A DNA stretch of 62,428 bases, filler included, from Choristocarpus tenellus KU-1152 (Eukaryota; Protista; Phaeophyceae), in NCBI GenBank assembly GCA_964200185.2. It is 10 parts of 10 records of this genome, joined end to end, with 100 filler letters (N's around TTAATTAATTAA, not from the genome) between each part and the next. Parts side by side here need not be neighbours in the genome. Positions count along the whole stretch, not along the records: positions 17,868 to 31,544 come from CAXNAD020001411.1; positions 31,645 to 35,980 come from CAXNAD020015053.1; positions 36,081 to 40,038 come from CAXNAD020016932.1; 7 more parts are not named here. One strand, 5' to 3'. The position numbers and the translations under genes were made by a program. This document shows positions 25,801-38,329 of the stretch, piece by piece (position 1 is the stretch's first letter; every line of letters begins with the position of its first letter). Below the pieces are notes generated by a model. It ran no database searches, had not been told where the DNA came from, and was given only the letters and a program-made list of their open reading frames with translations.

Positions 25801-28755
25801 TTGTATCGATTACTATGTCCTTTTCCCCCCTAGCAACAGCTGCAAATTATCAGTGGACAAACAAACACACTGTACAGTATTCATTGCACTATACTAATGA
25901 AGACTGCGCATGACTTGTGAGGAGTACCTACAATGCATACTGTGCTACTATATATTAGAGTGCTTTGGGTGAATGAATGAGAGACCTTGATGTGCTGATT
26001 GAAAGGGCCAGGGTAGGAAGTTCATAGTTTGAGGGTGAATGTTCAATCTATATTGCATACATTTCCTTCTATTGTACTCTCATGATCACAACTAATGATT
26101 TAAGAAGAAAGGAAAAACCAAGTACATATAGATACTTTGATGGTCACCCACGGTTTGTCAACGACCAATGCTAGTACCACTTAGGGGAAAGAGAGCTCTA
26201 TAAACCGTGCACTTTTGCTCCTCTTCATTACAATGTGCTTTGAAGAGCACTACCAGAGAGATGACGTGTTTTAGGCCCAGACGAAAGATGTACGAGGGCT
26301 ATATAAAGTTGTGGTAGTGACAAACAAGGCATTATTAGGGGATTTATAGTTTTCCTTGTGACTGTCTTGTTTATTTTCTCTTTCACAGTCACCAACCAGT
26401 CTTGCATCCATGTTTGCACCCAGTGATATCACAAGCGGCCATCTTTAAGATGTGTCAGCCATGCACTTCCGCCAGTACTATTCCTGGCCGCCGAGCCAGG
26501 CAGAGCGTCTGATTCGACCTGTTGCATGTTTCATCCCAACTTTCCAAGACAATAGCTATTGCCCTATCTATACAACATGAACAACAAGTTAGTTATTGTT
26601 ACATTTTATTTATCTTGTTATGTCGGTATTGTTGTCATTGTTTTGTTTTGACACTCACAGTAACCACACAGTGTTGGTCCAGAATGAAAAAATCGTTGTC
26701 CAAAGACGGTGCCTGCATTCCCATCACGATGTGACTAGACTAATATATAATAGAACTCTACTGTTACTATAAATTCTGACCTTGAACCGAAGAGGGAATC
26801 TCTTTCTGATGTCGGACTTATAAGACGCCAACGTGCGTTACAAAATCACATGGTGGAGTATATACTACGATGTACGGCTTCAAGGTGGGTGGGTAGTAGT
26901 ATCACTTCTATCGTGCAAGGATAACTGGGAATTGGTTTGGTGCAAATGGTAGTACTGGAGGAAGACATACTACTGTTGTCCTTAAGTGCCTAATCTACTT
27001 CACAAACTCGTACATACATTGAATCCAATTCATAGAAGGGTAGGTGTGGTTGTAGTGACAGAACTTACAATAGGGGCCGACGAGGGAAGTTGAAGTCATG
27101 CCTACCAATTTCAGCTTCAATGGGGGGTGCTTTGTTACTTTAGTCGGGTTGTAATCTTGTCCAAATAAACCTTAAGTATATCGTCATATATATATATATA
27201 TGTAACATAAAATAGTCAAGTATAACACGACAAGTTACAAACTATAACCTCATATATGTAAATACGAGGATCGCGAAACAAAAAACAATTTGTCGTCTGC
27301 ACAGAGCGACAATTTCACGAGCTAATGTCATGCACCATGCAAGATAGGTAACGAATCTTTCCAATGTGAATCCTGGACGATGTAACACTCAATATGATGT
27401 TGTTCCTGTTACATGAACCTTTCAAATACTTAGGTGGTGTCCATTAACCTTATAGTCCATAATATACAAAACACATAATATATCCAGCAACACCTAGTTT
27501 CATACGTAACACAAAACACATATTTATATGCGTGTGTTTTATGTCCAATAGCACTTGAGACAAAAAGATATGCAGATGCATAGATATGTCCCCATAACTC
27601 TCCAAGTCTTGAACACGCACACAGTTTTAATGTACAACTTTATGTGTCCCATACAACTCTCAAATCCAAAACATACATGTGTAACACATATTATGTACAT
27701 AAAATTTGTCAAAACATAATATATAGAGATTACTTCTCATGTTATCCAGGGCGTTACACTCTCCATCTTTGGGCGTGCAGGATGTGCAGAGGGCATACCA
27801 TACACAGGACATCAGGATGTCGATTACAACATACGCATACTCTAAAATGATGGTACTGCTCTAAGCTTTAACCTGTATCTTACCTGTTACGGCGGATATA
27901 TAGAACTGACGGTGCCACGATTATGGGAAGATTGGTCACCATACCAATCACGATAGTGCTCAATGCGGCAGCTAATAAGAAACCTTCACCGGTCGCATCA
28001 ATGCTGTAGTTATCATCCCCGATGAACAGTTGTGCATCTAGTATGTATGGATAGAAATGTGGGAGAGTGAGTTTGAAAGCGTGGTAAATCATTGTGCACA
28101 GTGGCTGGTGTTTTAAATGTTCCACCTGAAAATAAAAGTACCAATGAAAATTGAGTTACAGACTATTGCTATATTTGTACGAGGGGAGAATGTCTTGTGG
28201 AGCAGATGGCGGAAGTTAACAGGTAGAACATAGCTCTATTCTTTACTGGCTGGTAGTTTTAGGAAACGTGTAACATATGCATTGAGTGAAGCAAGGTCTG
28301 GTGATTGTCTGAAATTTGAAACGCCGTTTGCATTGTTATGAAATCGCCTTAATGCAATAGAGAAGAGTGACTACATGTACTTCGGTTTCAATGATCATCC
28401 CTCTCTACTCCAACCGATATCTTCACGTCAAAAGCAAACATTACATATGTCTCTGTGTGTGTCGCTGCTCTAATGTCGTACAAGAACAGAGAGAGAATAT
28501 ATCGCGATAATTAACCCACTCACAGATAGGGAGGGAAGATGTTACGGAGAGCCAGCCAAGTACCCCAGCTATGACCTCCTGAAACAAGTCAGTTTTATTC
28601 TCGTGTAGATTAAACGGCGACCCGAGGGTGCGAGGTTTTATCGTGTTGGTATGCCCTCCATTCCCCTGCGAACTACCAAGCTCATCTCTTCCATGAAGCG
28701 CTGGTTCCATATATTGGATAGTTTTGACACCATCCTGGAAGTCTTCCATTTTCAT
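19831..28755 (-). CDS. Divergent AzgA/AZG-family (NCS2/NAT superfamily) nucleobase permease, ~601 aa; exons 28755-28524, 28037-27884, 24847-24625, 24137-23829, 23619-23551, 23273-23038, 20413-19831
   Basis: All junctions are GT-AG and phase-compatible (1806 nt total). Family motifs FNLHENKTDLFQEVIAG, IGMVTNLPIIVAPS, IPTSLRVGASCGI, SIET...GGRTGLTSVITGTLF, IPFTF. Confidence 0.82.
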
Positions 28756-29989
28756 GGCGTTCAGGGAGCATATGCCCACAACCACCGTTCCAAATCACAA
28801 GCAAGTTCCTGCTGGTGTTGTGTCTCTTGCTGATGATCCACCTAACATTCTGAGGTCATTCAAGTGTAAGAGTCAGCGGTTAGAGATTAAACTCAAATAT
28901 ACACAAGCTCAGCTCGACTCATTGCTGTGTTGGCCTCAATCTTCAATACAAAAGCATACCATGCCAAAATTCTGTGTAAAGTGATAATTTCTTATCAACG
29001 GCTAGATTGGCATAGAAAGTAGAAGGAATTGGTCCGCTGGGGACGGTTTTTATCAGGCGTTTTATCGCTTGTGAGGATTAGGTCGATGTTGTGTTTGTGC
29101 ATGAAGGACACGCAGGTAGAGGTCGGTGTCACCTTGTAGGTCGTCAGACAAAAGTTGGGCTAGTAGTATTCGAGCAGTGGTATAGACAGAAAACCCTTAC
29201 CCATTGCCAAGGAATCAACTGGTAGTTGGAATGAGGACACACCGGTTAAGCTAGCCCCTGCTAGGGAAGTCGACTTGCTATCGCCCCATCGCCGCTTTGG
29301 ACTAAACAGAAGTGTGACGACGACAGTGAATGGGATGTGAAATGGAAATGATCGTTGGATCTTTAGATTGTGTTCGTCGTATTGTTGCGCTTCAAAGTAT
29401 TCCGTATATGTAATTATTTTTTATATTGTTTGGTTACTGAAATGTAATATTGGACATAGAGAATGGGCTTCTCTCAACCTCTAATATTTCTAACAATATC
29501 ATATCTCCAACATCGAAAATGTGTCAGCGGGATATTTGAGAGTTTGGAAATACCGAATGTCCTCTTATATTAAGTGAATCTCTTACAGTACATGCATACA
29601 TCCATACATATTTAGTCGTCACCGATGACGACGACATGCATAACGTATGTGTATGATCTTATACCCACTTATATTTTTGACGTCTCTTACATGACCTCTC
29701 CAATTTCATTGAGTATATATATTTTTGAAAGTGAGTTATATTAATAGTACTACAACAAACACTTCGATCAGAAAACAGCCTTCCAATATATTCATGTTAT
29801 AAGGTATGGTTGTAGATGAGTTCAACCCACAAAACGACCACTATGATTATAGGGTGCCACACTCAGGTATGATATAACTGAGCTCTTTGATGTGATGTGT
29901 TGCAATGGGTCCCTCAACCTAGAAGCATACTGACAATTACAAGCGCAAATATCCTCAAGTTTAGGAAATACATAGGTCTGTCCTCTATT

Positions 29990-30750
29990 TGAGGTCCCTC
30001 CAACCTTCTTCTGTCCAGTTAACAAGGTCCACATTAGAGAATTCTTTACTCATGGCCATTTGTACCAGCCCTACAGTACACGTCCTGGTATTCGCCAATC
30101 CTTGCCATCATATCATCAGGAGTCTCTGTAAAGAAGAACCTGGTGGGGTTATTGGCCGAGACTGGATTGACTGGGCAAGTACAACTAACTGCTTGCACTC
30201 CAGTACTGGAGGTACACACCTTGGCAATTCATTCCAGGGTAACAGAGAGGATCCAGCATGACATCACGTCTACGTTAACAAGGGAGGGGAACTTCCTTTA
30301 CTGGCTCTACTCCGCTGTAGGAACCAGTGTGGGCAAGGAGGTAATGCACGGCCCACTGCACAGGCATGGAGCCAGCACACCGGATTCCTCCTGAGGAGAA
30401 TCAGCCTCACCACCATTCAGTCTCTGGGGAGAGAGGAGGTATTGTTGAACAAATGCCAGGTGGCCAGTTGCAGGAGGCAGAATATTGACACTCGACACAC
30501 ATGCACTAGCTCTAGGTTGGGAGGACAAGTACACCAGTACAAGCTAGGAGTGAAATGATTAAGCTAAATCTGCAGAGGAGTGAGCGTCCCTTGCAAACCA
30601 ATGGATGGCAGCCCGTTCATGATGGAAAGGAATTTCCACATGGATGTGGTGTTCCATGTGGGGGCACTATCAGAGGCTGGCTCAGGATCCTAGATGTCGC
30701 TTTTGTAGAGGTCTAGGCAGCTCGCCACCTGACCAACTCATTCACCACCA
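29990..30750 (+). mobile_element. Decayed RLE-type non-LTR retrotransposon fragment (zinc knuckle + endonuclease start)
   Basis: Translation with stops KCQVASCRRQNIDTRHTCT..GGQVHQ...DGSPFMMERNFHMDVVF...DVAF resembles the CCHC and RxD region of CRE-like elements. Confidence 0.5.
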
Positions 30751-33723
30751 GCAGCAGTGTCGCTAATGGTGCAGCCAAAGCACCAAAGTGTACCTATCGC
30801 AAGGGATCAAATATCCCCTGTAGTTTTAACCCTCAACACCTTTGCAGCGGAATTTTTTTGTTGGCTCAATAAACAAGCAAAGAGTGTACTCGATGGCGTT
30901 GCCACACATACAGTAGGGGGAAGAGTGGTATCTATAATGTATGACTTCCTAATGGATGTACGGGACTTGATCAAATTTCTTTGTTTACGTCGAAACTGAT
31001 ATACGATATTAGCAACATCATATTGTGTTATCCCCATTGATATTTTTCAGATGTTGTGATGGAGGGGAGAAGAATAGGGTGTAACTTAAAGTATGCAACA
31101 AATATCGTAACCCATTTCTCTATATATAATAATACGATATTTTAGTAAGAAGAAATTTCTTAGTTGGGGTAATATATTTCACTTAAATAAACTACGCACT
31201 ACGTTGTCCTCAATCGTTACTACAACTATATCATTGTCAAATTTGTCATGCTTTAACCCATCAAGCAAGTACGCGATTCATTGAGTAAATGATTATCAGT
31301 AAGCATGGTGTTCGTATGTACGTATTCTATGTTGTCATGGATTGATTCGATTGGCTATACTGTTCTGATGGATTAGAGATACAATGATGGTCAAACATTT
31401 ATTTGATAGGTAATTGTTCGTATTCAGAATAAAATAACATACAACATCGTTGGTGTTGTGATTAGTAGGGCAATACAAAAAGATCGGTCCTTCCTCTGTC
31501 CAATGATCTTCTCGATCTTTTTGTATTGCCCTACTAATCACAACNNNNNNNNNNNNNNNNNNNNNNNNNNNNNNNNNNNNNNNNNNNNTTAATTAATTAA
31601 NNNNNNNNNNNNNNNNNNNNNNNNNNNNNNNNNNNNNNNNNNNNCCCCGATAGTTTGAGCCATATATAGTGGTTTGGACAACCTAGTGGGCCCCTTCTAC
31701 CATGTTCCCATGTACACAACCGTTACTAACATCTCCGGAGCAGCTCTCATTTCCAAGCCCTTCATCCCTCGCCCAGGCTGTCTTTCACAGTATGCGGCAG
31801 TAAGGTGTGGATTATGAAATTTTTTTCGTTCATCTGACAGGAAAGTTATACACCAATGCTGGGGTTAGTATTGTGAACAACCTGGTAAAGTGTTGTACCC
31901 TAATCAGCAACATATAAGATGACCTCTGCCACAATCAGAATGAGGGAGGGAATCCTAGGACAGACCCCAAATATCACCAGGCAGTGGCATGCGTGTTGGA
32001 TGACTGTGGCTACTTTTTGCATGGTGAGCTGCAATTGCTTTAAGTACATCAAACGTCTATGAAATAATTAGTAGTTCCATCCTCTATGCACACTGTTGTC
32101 CGTACCAGAGCCAAAGTAAACGAGAGATGCCCAGGTCTTGGGTGTTTTGCATTTAAAGTCTATTGCCAATATTTTGCAATCACCCATATTTCTTCGGATG
32201 AAGTTCTAAGTTTGACTTGACAGGCTTGATTTCTCTATTGTTTGAAACTTTTCCGACACAAGTGGGAAAGTATCATATACAAGTTTGAAAAAAATGCTGA
32301 ATTTCGCGCATTTTTCTGAGCATTCGTAGAATGCAACTCTAAACACCTCTCGTATACTTTGATGACCTGTTTGGATGTTGTGCATGTAAACCCCACTTTT
32401 AAACTGGGATCCTGAAAACCATCAAGGTAATTATTTTGACGGCGCTTTAGTACACAGCAGGGAAACCCCTCCTTCTTGGGGAGCCATTATTCCATTATTC
32501 TTTAACTTTTCAGATACATTTTCGAAAACCTAACCCAAACCCAAAATTGTGTGTTGACAGTATCCCTAACCAGCGAAGGAAACTCTCTGGGAAAAGTTCA
32601 AGACTGTGGTGTAACTGCGGAACCACCACCTCTCAAAGATCCACCGCTGTCATCTTTTTCACTTTTTCATTCACATTTTGAACGCCTAGCCCTAGCCCTA
32701 GCCCTACTAACCGTGAATGTGTGTGAAAAGTAACCCAAACCTTTAATTGAAGAATTGAGTATTGTATGACAACAGTAGTGGTTTCCCAAGACAGGTGTTC
32801 CCCTGTACACTACAGCACGATCACCAGTTTGTGCTGTTGTCAAATTTTGTGACCCCTCAGAGATAATGCTTCCATGATTGCATGTTGGCTCAACCACATA
32901 TACCTTCGTATTCCACACCAACCCATACAAAAACGACCTAGAGTTTGTAAGACTTGAAAGGCTTCTCTTCATCGTGTAGACAACTTCAAAAATCAAGTGT
33001 GATTTGTTGTGTAGTGTTGTTGTGGGACTTTGTGACTTGCCCCATGATCAGTACGGTGCCTGGATCAAGGAATAGAAGCTCTGAACAGAGGCGAAATATT
33101 CATAGCAACTATAGGATAGGATTTCCCTTCGGCACATATCTTGGTGAGCGAATGTTCTTGCATTTCGTCACTTTTTGTTAGGCGGGGTCTTCCAATGTGA
33201 CATTACAGCACTCCCTTGATGTATGTCGATACTCACGAGTCATTGTCAAACATGAGAGAGTCTATAAACGGAGATTATGGGGATTGGGTAACCACTCTTG
33301 TTCGAAAACTTATTCCTCAGCTAAGAAGGAGAATTTCCATACATTTCAATACCACTTTTTAGTAGTGCAACTTCAATGCAAAACATCGCCCACAGAAGTA
33401 TTCCCACAAAGTCACCTGCGCTTGGGCTGTCAGATTATATGTACTTATATGGGTCAGTGTTGTTGAATGTCGCCTGACGCTCGATCGTCGCTTTCTATCC
33501 CCCTCGTCCTATTTCTCGTTCACAAGCGTTCCTGATTGGGGCAAGCATATCCTCTAGGACAACTGCCTTCCTTGTTCCCAACCCCGGGGGGAGAAACGTG
33601 ATTCATCTTGAGAGCTCTTTGTCGAAGCTTTTCCCTCTCTCCACCTCCAGGGTAGACCAATTTCTTGGCCAATTGCCCACTGGAGAGAGCATCCATAGAG
33701 CTCGTACCACAACTGTCTGCGAC

Positions 33724-35357
33724 ATGTCGGCCTTCGATGTCGATACCAAGCTTATAGACGGTGAGTACTCAGCATGCGTCTTATTTACTCGAACTTCTCT
33801 ATACCACCTCTATTCATAGGGTATCGGCTGGGGGCATCTCATGTTCCAATGCCTATCATGTCGTCTACAACCAGCACCTGGGGGTCATTGCCATCCCCAG
33901 TCGGCACCTATGCCTGTGCGTCACATCCAACACATGTGTGTGTCGGAACCCCAAGAAAGGAACCTGTCCCTGACATATACCAAATTCTGGAACACGAAGA
34001 CAAACTTAAGCACCTCTAGTCACTTCCCCATTCTGAAGGCAAGGCTACCGCGGCTGCAATACGAGGGGAGTTGACCTCTGCAGTGGAAAGAATGAGGGAA
34101 AACACAGGTAAGTCTCCAGGTCTGGCGGTGGTACTGGTGGGGGAAAGGCGAGACTCCGCCACTTACGTTCGGATGAAGAAGAAGGCCTGTGACGAGATAG
34201 GCGTGCAGTCCTTTGGCTTCGACTTCCCTGAGGATGTAACACAAGAGGTTGGTTGGTGCCTTGGCTGGTTGAATATTACTGTAGGTGCGGCAAATTAGGG
34301 TTTTTGCAATGAGAAATGATCGTGTCTGTGCTAGAAGGAACTTTTCGCAATATTGTGATAGAGGTAACATTGGTTGGGATTGTGTGTATCCGTGCTGCCA
34401 TGCAACATCGGAATATCCTTAATAAATAAAGGGGTTCACAGCACCAAACGATTGTCTGCTTGATAAAACCATGGCATCGCAACAGCATCAAAGGTGCCTC
34501 ACATGACTTCGCCAGCTTACTGTACTCAGTACCTCATTACCACTCAAGAAGATTTGCCGAGTTCAAGCAACACCCACTACTTGTGTGGATTGGCACTGAA
34601 TGCTTAATTTCGTGGCACTGTCTTCAAGGAAGCCAATGGAAGATCTTTTTCAGTGTCTCGACATATCCCTTTCCAATTCCCACATATTTTGCTTAACTGA
34701 TATTTCAACCCTAAGTTGCTACAAAGGTAAAGCCTTGGACTGCAAATGCCACCAGGACATCATATGAACACTCCATGACCCCAGACCTGTATCCCACCAC
34801 CTTCAGAGTACAAGTTAAATCTGTATGGTACACCTGCTTTAGGAAACTCTCAAGCCACCCAACCTTGAGGTGATTCTCACTCCTCATAATATATGGGGGT
34901 ATCCCTTGTGCATTATTGAAGATGATACTGCAGACTGCCTCAAACCCAGCAGTTGCTTCAGCTATTGAGCTAGCTCTACATGCACCCTTGCAAGATTAGT
35001 GCAAAGAGTCATCCTGAATCATCAAACCTTCATGAACCTGCCAGTTCCAACACATGCAAACAAAATTCTGACCCCCTCCCGTGCAAACCAATATTCTTAC
35101 TTCAGGAGCTGTTGAAGTGCGTGGGTGAGCTTAATGCACGGGATGATATTCATGGCATCCTGGTGCAACTTCCCCTGCCAGCCCACATTGACGAACAGGT
35201 GGTTCTGTGCTCCATAATGCCTTCCAAGGATGTTGATGGTCTTCACCCAGAAAACATCGCTGCCCTCTGCTTGGGAAGGACCAGGTCCGGAGCTCAAGGC
35301 AAGACTATGTTCTGGGACCTAAGCAAGATGCCTTTCCATGTGGCATGTACTCCTCAG
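33724..35357 (+). CDS. folD: Methylenetetrahydrofolate dehydrogenase/cyclohydrolase (FolD/MTHFD), 5' part; exons 33724-33760, 34039-34247, 35106-35357
   Basis: LIDG|KATA...[25 protein letters not shown]...[11 protein letters not shown]...[10 protein letters not shown]...ACTPQ, with phase-consistent GT-AG introns. Truncated by the contig end. Confidence 0.93.
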
Positions 35358-36226
35358 GTGTTTGCTCTGCTTCTGGGTACTATTTATTCCATCTGTTTGC
35401 AAAGTATAGAGAGGCCGTGATGGAAGGGGGCAACAGAGGTTTCCAGCTGACTCAATGTGAAGCATAATGTTTTGTGTTGGTGAAAATATTTTGATTGCAT
35501 CCCATTTGCTTGATGTGAAACATCGGCCCTCGCCCTCCAAACTTGATCCTGAGATGCCACGCTTGATCTTTTTATTATTATTGAAAGTTTCATTCGATTT
35601 GAGAGATGGTTTTGTTCATGACTTGCACAGCTCTGCAGTACTTCCACTTTCATTTTGTTTTGTCTGAGCGCAATCCAGCAGCAGTTCTTGCATCGGAGTT
35701 TTGTCACATAGTGCACTTACGCTTTTGAAATGCACACGATTCAATCTATACCCAAGAGGTGTGTTTGTTCTGCCCTTCATAGACTTGCTGTCATGCGTGC
35801 ATAGCACTGTCACCCCGAGAACAGTAGAGTTCAACATGGATCAACGAGTACCAACTTGTCTCCTTAGCTTGAGATGAAGCCCCTTTTCCATGACATGCAC
35901 AACTCACACCATCCCGGCACATCTTTCCTCCCTCTTACACCTCTCACCTCGCTCATCCCTCCACCCTGAAATATCCCCCCNNNNNNNNNNNNNNNNNNNN
36001 NNNNNNNNNNNNNNNNNNNNNNNNTTAATTAATTAANNNNNNNNNNNNNNNNNNNNNNNNNNNNNNNNNNNNNNNNNNNNCCCCCATCCAGGTTAAGGGT
36101 GAAAATAACTGCCGAGGTCGGCTGATAGAGTTGAGGCAGCCACAACACTTCCCTCTGTATCTAGCTTTACATCCACATGCCGGAATAGCCGGAATAAAAT
36201 TGGTCATCACCTCCATCCAGTGCCTG

Positions 36227-36570
36227 TAATAGTAAAAACTCTCTTACCATCTAATCATGAAGGTCACTACCACCTACAGCAATTCAGAATGAACCAAGAA
36301 CTTCCAAGCATCTTGCTGGGATGAATTTGGCCCTCACATACCTCCACCCAATACCTATAATAGTAAAAACTCTACCATCTAGTCATGAAGGTCACTACCA
36401 CCTACAGCAATTCGGAATGAACCAAGAACCTCCAAGCATCCTGTTGGAATGAAGTTGGCTATATAAATATACATCTCCCTCCACTGCCCATTATAGTAAA
36501 AATTCTACCATGCAGTCATGAAGGTCACTAATGCATACAGCAATTCAGAATGAACAATGAACCTCCCAGC
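36227..36570. repeat. Tandem repeat, ~130-135 bp unit, about 2.6 copies
   Basis: ATAGTAAAAA..CTACCAT...TCATGAAGGTCACTA....TACAGCAATTC.GAATGAAC recurs at ~36227, ~36357 and ~36492. Confidence 0.85.
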
Positions 36571-36853
36571 CCAGATCCTGGACCTCACACCAGTCTGCAT
36601 CCCAACCTACAGTGGAAGCCAGGAAACGTCATGCGCAGTAGGGATTATTCAAGTGATGAAAATATCACCAACTGACTAGCAGTCCACGCCAATACTTCGA
36701 AAATTCTCAAGTTCTAGCAGAGGTACCCGCACCCATCCCATTCTTGGCATGGAAAAAAAAGGTTGCAAAGATAATCACTACAATAAGGTCAGCCACACAA
36801 CTCAACAAAAAAAATGTCAGAGATCGTTTGTTGCAACAGATCGCACAACCCAT

Positions 36854-38329
36854 TCAAAGCTCGTGGCAATGGTCTCCAAAGGTGATCTTCTGCAGTCCAG
36901 GCGGACACACAACTCCATCAATCACCTGATTAAAATGAGCCCCAAATCTCAGTTGCTGAAGCCCAGCAGGCCACAATACCCCATCTATTGCCTGGTTAAA
37001 ATAATCTCCAAAGGTCAGCTGTTGGAGACCATCCGGCCACGCTATTCCATCGAGTACCTTGTTGAAACTATGTCCAAAGGCAAGTTGCTGGAGCCCAGGC
37101 GGCCATACAACCTTAGTCAACGCCTGGTTAAACTTGAACCCGAATGTCAGCTGCTGGAGGCCATCTGGTAACAAAATACCTTCCACAACCTGGTTAAAAA
37201 AATACCCAAAGGTCAGTTGCTTAAGCCCAGCCGGCCACACGACCCTGTTCACCCCCTGGTCAAAATGATACCCAAAGGTGAGTTGCTGGAGCTGAGACGG
37301 CCACACCACCCTATCTATGACCTGATTAAAATGATACCCGAACGTGAGCCGCTGGAGTCGGGCTGGCCACACGACTCTATCGATTTCCTTGTTAAAATTA
37401 ACCCCAAAGGTGAGCTGCTGAAGCCCAGACGGCCACACTACCCCATTTACCGCCTGGTTAAAACAAATTCCGAAGGTCATTTGCTGCAACCCAGCTGGCC
37501 ATACAACCCTCTGAATCGACTGGTTGAAACGGTGCCCAAACGTTAGTTTCTGGAGTCCCGTAGGCCATACAACTTTATCGACTGACTGATCAAAATCAAC
37601 CCCAAAGGTCAGCTGCTGGAGTCCAACCGGCCACGCCCCCGAATCTATTGCCTTGTTGAAATGAGTTCCAAAGGTAAGCTGCTGAAGTCCAGCAGGCCAC
37701 ACCACCCCATCTACCGCCTTGTTAAAATGAATTCCAAAGGTCAGCTTCTGGAGCCCAGTCGGCCATGCTATTCCGTCTATTTCCTGATTAAAATCAACTC
37801 CGAAGGACAACTGCTGGAGACCTGCCGGCCATTTAACCCCCTTCACCACCTGGTTGAACTTCCATCCGAACGTTAGATACTGAAGTCCAGTCGGCCACAC
37901 AAGCCCCTTGATGGCCTGATTGAATTTCCAACCAAAGGTCAGATGCTGGAGTCCTGAAGGCCATACAAAGTCATCGATCACTTGGTCGAATTCCCGTCCA
38001 AACATCAAACGCTTCAGCCCAGTTTGGCTCCTCAAAATTTCAAAGACTTTTATCACGAAGTCGACCTCCCCCACTTCCACAGTCAAGTCACTGATACGTA
38101 GACTTGGTACACGTGAAAGGCTCCCTGATCTCCTCGATCCTAGTTGTTCAATACCCTTCAGAAGTTCGAGTGATGTGGTATCCAAAACCCTCAAGTGAAA
38201 ACGTGTTGTAGTTCGGCATTCCACACATATACCCAAACATGTCAAAAGGATTTCATGAACTTGCTTGAATGAGAACCAACCAAGCGGCACTGCTATACCA
38301 ATTGCCCTGACAAGTTGATCATCTGCCAT
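36854..38329 (-). CDS. Intronless FNIP/IP22 (LRR-like) repeat protein, 491 aa; 17 full 22-aa repeats plus one partial; possible degenerate F-box-like N-terminus
   Basis: Consensus LQQLTFGxxFNQxIxGVVWPxG repeats with an exact 66-nt period and the ORF is open from ATG to stop. Confidence 0.92.
   Translation of the reverse strand: MADDQLVRAIGIAVPLGWFSFKQVHEILLTCLGICVECRTTTRFHLRVLDTTSLELLKGIEQLGSRRSGSLSRVPSLRISDLTVEVGEVDFVIKVFEILRSQTGLKRLMFGREFDQVIDDFVWPSGLQHLTFGWKFNQAIKGLVWPTGLQYLTFGWKFNQVVKGVKWPAGLQQLSFGVDFNQEIDGIAWPTGLQKLTFGIHFNKAVDGVVWPAGLQQLTFGTHFNKAIDSGAWPVGLQQLTFGVDFDQSVDKVVWPTGLQKLTFGHRFNQSIQRVVWPAGLQQMTFGICFNQAVNGVVWPSGLQQLTFGVNFNKEIDRVVWPARLQRLTFGYHFNQVIDRVVWPSQLQQLTFGYHFDQGVNRVVWPAGLKQLTFGYFFNQVVEGILLPDGLQQLTFGFKFNQALTKVVWPPGLQQLAFGHSFNKVLDGIAWPDGLQQLTFGDYFNQAIDGVLWPAGLQQLRFGAHFNQVIDGVVCPPGLQKITFGDHCHEL

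Noticed and set aside
36749-38198. Plus-strand repeat ORFs opposite the FNIP gene
   Set aside because: They are antisense shadows of the 66-nt coding repeat, fragmented by stops.
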